From an uncultured Gemmatimonadaceae bacterium (GTDB taxonomy: Bacteria; Gemmatimonadota; Gemmatimonadetes; Gemmatimonadales; Gemmatimonadaceae): a stretch of DNA of 64,000 bases. Below the pieces are notes generated by a model. The model ran no database searches, had not been told where the DNA came from, and saw only the letters and a list, made by a program, of their open reading frames with translations. Positions 59,524 through 64,000 of this stretch are shown in pieces (positions within the stretch are counted from its first letter, which is position 1; every line of letters begins with the position of its first letter). The stretch covers positions 96,001 through 160,000 of the forward strand of contig CAWHHI010000006.1 of assembly GCA_963829055.1 (NCBI GenBank). Direction: 5' to 3'. A program made the position numbers and the translations under genes.

Positions 59524-60525
59524 CTAACGCCAGCGACGACTGGCCAACACCACGCCCGCGCCGACCGCCGCCGCGCTCAGCACCGTGGCCATGCGATGCA
59601 TTGACGTCATCGTGTAGAGGCTGCGCTTGCGCACCATGCCCGGATAGTTGCCCCGCTCCCGGCCACCGCCCTGCGGCTCGTAGAGTGAATCGTCACGCTT
59701 GCGCCGCGATGGCTTCTTCATCTTCTGCTGATCGAACATCGTCGCGCGCATGTAGCGATCCGCGACGCGCGGCACCGCGTCCATCGCCGCCGTCATCTTC
59801 CCGCCACCACCCACGATCAGGTCGCGACGCGCATGCTCGGCGCAGAAGAGGATCGCTTCCGCCACCACCGACGGGTCGTATACCGGCGGCGGATGCTTCG
59901 GCTCCGCTTCCATATAGTTGCGGGCGTGCTCCGGAAATGGTGTGTCGATCGCGCCCGGCTTGATCAGCGTCACCGAGATCGGCGCTTCCTCCTTCTCGAT
60001 CTCCATCCGCAGCGCATCGGTGAACGCCTTCACCGCGTGCTTGCTCGCGGAGTAGTGGCCCTGCAGCGGAATCGCGCGATCGCTCGTGACACTGCCGACG
60101 TTGATCAGTGCGCCCCCGTGATCCTTGAGATGCGCGACCGCCGTCAGCGACCCGTGGACCATCCCCCAGTAGTTCACGTCGAACAGACGCCGTGCGTCCT
60201 CGACGGGCACTTCCTCGATGGGGCCGTAGATGGAGACGCCGGCGTTGTTGACCCAGGTGTCGAAGCCGCCGAACGCCTCGGTCGCGCGCTCCGCGATCAT
60301 GCCGACGTCATCGAGACTCGCGACATCGGCCATGACCGTGATCGCGCGGCCACCGGAGCCTTCGATCTCGACACGCGCGCTCGCCAGTCCTTCTGGGTCG
60401 CGGGCCGCGAGTACCACCCGCGCGCCCAGCTGCGCGGCCATCTTTGCCGTCGCGAGCCCGATCCCGCTCGAAGCACCAGTGATGACGACGACCTGGTCTT
60501 CGATACGCTTGAGCTTTACTCCCAT
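59524..60525 (-). CDS. SDR family oxidoreductase
   Basis: ITGASSGIG, NNAG, YSASK; true start MGVKLK. Confidence 0.9.
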   Translation of the reverse strand: MGVKLKRIEDQVVVITGASSGIGLATAKMAAQLGARVVLAARDPEGLASARVEIEGSGGRAITVMADVASLDDVGMIAERATEAFGGFDTWVNNAGVSIYGPIEEVPVEDARRLFDVNYWGMVHGSLTAVAHLKDHGGALINVGSVTSDRAIPLQGHYSASKHAVKAFTDALRMEIEKEEAPISVTLIKPGAIDTPFPEHARNYMEAEPKHPPPVYDPSVVAEAILFCAEHARRDLIVGGGGKMTAAMDAVPRVADRYMRATMFDQQKMKKPSRRKRDDSLYEPQGGGRERGNYPGMVRKRSLYTMTSMHRMATVLSAAAVGAGVVLASRRWR

Positions 60526-60577
60526 GCGCTCCCCGACGAAAAAGAAGAGAGCGTTGGAGTTCAAGAATCCTGCCGCG

Positions 60578-60904
60578 TCAGTCCTTGACCATCGGCAGCC
60601 CCGCGTCGATCCACTCCTTCTTGCCGCCCGAGTACTCGCGGATGTTCGTGTAGCCCATCGCCTCGAGCTCGCTAGCGGCCCAGCCCGATGTCGGGCAGTC
60701 GTCGTCCCAACAATAGAGCACGATCTCGGCGCTCTTGTCGGGGACGACCTCGCTCGCGACGGCCGCCACCGCCGTCGGCGGCAGGTTCTTCGCGCCGGGC
60801 AGGTGGTGCTTCCGGAAATACATGAGCGGCAACACCTCGAACAGCGTGAAGGTGTCGCCGCGATCCATTTTCTCTTTGAGCTCGTCGCGCGTGATGATGA
60901 CCAT
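60578..60904 (-). CDS. Rhodanese-like domain protein
   Basis: HLPGA.N.P, IVLYC, Y.GG..EW..AGLP. Confidence 0.85.
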   Translation of the reverse strand: MVIITRDELKEKMDRGDTFTLFEVLPLMYFRKHHLPGAKNLPPTAVAAVASEVVPDKSAEIVLYCWDDDCPTSGWAASELEAMGYTNIREYSGGKKEWIDAGLPMVKD

Positions 60905-60979
60905 GGTGAAATGTAGATGCGCGCTAAGCACTTGAGCGACCATCGTTTGCCTTCCGGGGTGTGTCCGCAATGGGTCCAC

Positions 60980-61385
60980 CGGACTCGTTTTCGATCACCC
61001 TGAGGGTAGTCGCGGCGTCCGCTTGCTCGTAGGAGCGCTTCATCGTCGCGAGGTCCCTCCAGCCGCCGGCGCGCGGCGGCAGCTGGCACGCGACGACGTC
61101 GCCGCGGCGGATGGGGGCGAGCAGTTCGCCCTTCCTCCCGCGTAGTGGCCTGACCGTGAACAGCTCGCCAGCGAGCAGCGTCGGCGCCATCGCGCTCCTG
61201 AGATTCCAGTACGAGGGGCCGTCGCGTTTGCCGCCCGCGGTGGAATCACCGACCAGCACCACGATGTACGCGACCGCCATCAGCCCGAGGCCGACGGGGA
61301 TGAGCATGAGCGCGAGGGCGAGCGCCGCATAGGCGAGTCCCGGCGTAAGGTGTGGAGGCGGCTTCGCAGCCGGGGATGATAGCAA
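60980..61385 (-). pseudogene. Chimeric remnant: signal peptidase I-like N-terminus joined to a tyrosine recombinase C-terminus
   Basis: AMAPTLLAGE..IRRGDVV, then AGGWRDLATMKRSYEQAD. Confidence 0.5.
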
Positions 61386-62205
61386 ATCCGCGGCGCTGCG
61401 GACTTCGGCGCGTTAGGCGGCGGGTGGAGCGGCAGTGGCGGCGACTCAAAGGGCACGCGATGCGGGCGGTAGGCATTTGGAACGATGCACCGGACGGGCT
61501 TCGTCCTGAATCGCCACTTGCGCCGAAGTGGGGACCCGGCCTTGCCGTGGAGTGGACACAGGCCGATACTGGGCGTCCCAATCAAAGCCCGACGGGCATC
61601 TCCCATGTCTGACCGTTCCGAGCACCTCAGCGCCATTGCCGCCCGGCTGGAACGCGTGCGTGGCACGCTCACAGCCGCGGAATTCGCGAGCTCGTCGAGG
61701 ACGTCGCGCGCACGGCCCGCAAGTTCGAGCAATTCGAACCGCGTCACTCCGAACGGCTGCCCGACGGCCCTGTCCTCCTGACGCCGCCGGAGACGCGCAT
61801 TCCACCAGAGTAGCGGGAGCATCACCGCGCCGGCGAATCGTGACCGGCGCCGGCCCGTGTCTTCGTCCTTCGAGACTCCTACCTGACACCCGCTAACACA
61901 CTCCGCTATGGCGGGGACGCGTGCTAAGCGCTAAGACGCGTCGCGAGCCATCGACGGCTGTGGCGCCTGGCCCGCACGCGTGATCCTGTCAAGCCCGACG
62001 TTCCACCGGTATCGGCGCACTTAACGCGCCGGACGGCCGCCGGTATACGCCGGAACGGCCTCTGCCTTAAGGTCCGACGCACGAGCTCGCCTCGTGCGCC
62101 AGTGCGCCGTGCGGGACCCGGAAGCCCCTCCCAACGGGCGCCTCCCCGCGGCACCCGGGCGCCACCGCCACCGCACGCTCCCGCAGTCCTGCGAGGACGA
62201 CCCGA

Positions 62206-62430
62206 ATGGACGCCCGCGCCTACTACGAGCTCGCCGCCAGCATCGACGAGGCCACCACACTCGCGGCCCTCGCCGCCGTCCGCGAGCGGGTCGCCCGGAC
62301 CGACCTGCTCGCCTGGAGCGCGTGCGCGCTGGAGCACCTGCTGCGTGCCCGCGACCACACGCTCAGGTTCCACGCGCGCCTCGGGAGACGACTCCGACGC
62401 CGGGCTCCGCCGGCGCCGCGCGACGACTAG
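62206..62430 (+). CDS. Small hypothetical protein
   Basis: 74-aa ORF with upstream GAGGA. Confidence 0.4.
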   Translation: MDARAYYELAASIDEATTLAALAAVRERVARTDLLAWSACALEHLLRARDHTLRFHARLGRRLRRRAPPAPRDD

Positions 62431-62459
62431 TGGCATCCGCGCAGTGATCCTGTCCGAGT

Positions 62460-62600
62460 ACGACCCGCAGAAAGCCGTACCCGTCGCCGAGTCTCCGACC
62501 GGTGCCCGCTGGGTGCATGAGCTCAAACTCGACGGCTTCCGCATGGGCGTGTTCGTCAGCGGCCGCGGAAGGCGCGGGGCGCGCGCATCCAAGCTCGCTC
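62460..62600 (+). pseudogene. ATP-dependent DNA ligase (LigD-like) fragment
   Basis: PTGARWVHELKLDGFR matches ligase motif I (KxDG); no downstream motifs. Confidence 0.6.
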
Positions 62601-63178
62601 GGCGCGCTACGCGAGGCGATCGATCGGCGTCGACGCGAGCTCGCGAGCGAGTAGGTCGCCGGTCAGTCGGATTGATCGCGAGGTGCTGGAGTCGTTTGTC
62701 CAGCGCACGTGAAGGGGCTCAAGATCAGCGGCGTCCCGCCTAACGCGTCCCCGGAACGCCTCCGGTGAGTCCAATGTGAGTCCCCGCGGGCGGTGAAACG
62801 CGGCGAAACGGGGTGCGAGTCGGCGGGCGGAACGCCCCGCCGAGAGGGACGCGGGAAAGTTCGCCGGTGCCGGCACCCGTGATGCATCCCATGGTGAAAT
62901 GGACCACGCGCGCTAAGCGGTTGTGCGGCCATCGCTTGCCTTTCGCGGGAAGCGAGGATGGCGGGAGTGAGTGGCGACGCCATCGCCATCTGGCATCGCG
63001 AGAATATGCCCGTAGCGCTGTTCAAAGGGTTACCATCCGGGAACTGACTTTCCCGAGGTCGTCGTTTGCCGAACACCTTCAATTCGTACTGCGCGTCGCC
63101 CGAGTCTGACCTCTACCAAAGCTGTGAGTGCCGCCAACTCGCGCGGACGACCGTTCCTCGCACCTTCAGGCGCGAACG

Positions 63179-63406
63179 ATGAGCGGTGCTCTACAGGCGG
63201 GGGACACGTGCCCCAAGTGCATCGACCGGCGCGGGCGCATCACGACGACCCGCCGGATCCGCGAGGCCGACGTCGATGCCTACGACGGCATGTATCGCGG
63301 AGCGCAGGTCGCCACTGACTATTCGTGCGATCACGGGCACTCATGGCGCGAGACGTTCCCACCTGCGCTGGCGCCTGACTCCAAGCACAACGGCCACATC
63401 CTCTAG
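63179..63406 (+). CDS. Small Zn-ribbon-like hypothetical protein
   Basis: CPKC ... CDHGHSW. Confidence 0.45.
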   Translation: MSGALQAGDTCPKCIDRRGRITTTRRIREADVDAYDGMYRGAQVATDYSCDHGHSWRETFPPALAPDSKHNGHIL

Positions 63407-63471
63407 CAGCGGCGGTCGGTGACACCACCGACGCCGGGGCGCACGCGTGCCGAGCGTGAACCAAGGAGCTC

Positions 63472-63852
63472 ATGAGCATTACGATTCCGCATTCAGCGCT
63501 GACGCTACTGATTCTCGAGATCAACCGCCTGGTCGACACGGGCGAGTACGACGCGGTCACTCTCGCCGATGTGTCGGGCCGGATCGATGAAGGTACCATT
63601 CTCCAGTTCCTCGACACGAACACGCGCCCAACGGGCACGTTCCAGGCTCACCGAAACGGCGGAACGTACGGCAACTTCGAGGACTGGTACGTCGCTTACC
63701 TGCAGGCGATGTACAGCGCGTACCGCGGGGAGGAAGGCGCGAAGTTCGGCGTTCGCAATCGAGGTCTCTGTGCACTGCTGGCGTGGACCAACGAGATCAT
63801 CCAGCAGGGCGCGGGCTGGCAGCCGAACCCGAGAGTCGTTAGGCACGCGTAG
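63472..63852 (+). CDS. Hypothetical protein
   Basis: 126-aa ORF with AAGGAG RBS. Confidence 0.65.
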   Translation: MSITIPHSALTLLILEINRLVDTGEYDAVTLADVSGRIDEGTILQFLDTNTRPTGTFQAHRNGGTYGNFEDWYVAYLQAMYSAYRGEEGAKFGVRNRGLCALLAWTNEIIQQGAGWQPNPRVVRHA

Positions 63853-64000
63853 AAGAACTACTCTCGGCGTTCGTCGCGCCGCTCGTCGACCAGCCGCGGC
63901 GCGTTCGGGCGGGGTTCCCGGTCAGACGCCGGTCGCGCGCGTGACGGTGCACGCGGGTCCTGCCGTCTACGTCGACACGCGTATAGGTGCATAAAGGCGT

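Overview
High-GC bacterial chromosome segment. The gene content (PadR/ADOP-type ABC permeases, ECF sigma + Ser/Thr kinase pair, S9 peptidase, amidohydrolases) looks Gemmatimonadota- or Acidobacteriota-like; this is inference only. Many genes are split by single-base indels, most likely long-read assembly errors. The standout is a Ro60/TROVE (rsr) locus at about 12.25-16.15 kb. A tRNA-Arg(ACG) is followed by at least five Y-RNA-like structured RNAs, each with a bulged-C helix, directly upstream of rsr, and a truncated N-terminal rsr duplicate lies downstream. Two of the RNAs keep full tRNA topology with the Ro-type helix grafted into the anticodon arm. One of these has tRNA-Ala identity elements (G3·U70, A73) and a residual UCA anticodon loop. 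A third RNA carries two bulged-C helices. Also present: a GTPase + giant SEDS-transpeptidase fusion operon, cydAB, several regulatory and metabolic genes, a REP-like family, three long foldback elements, two four-helix-bundle genes flanked by inverted repeats, a window-wide over-represented CCTAAC(G) motif, and a decayed mobile region at the right end. All RNA structures were paired by eye, not computed.
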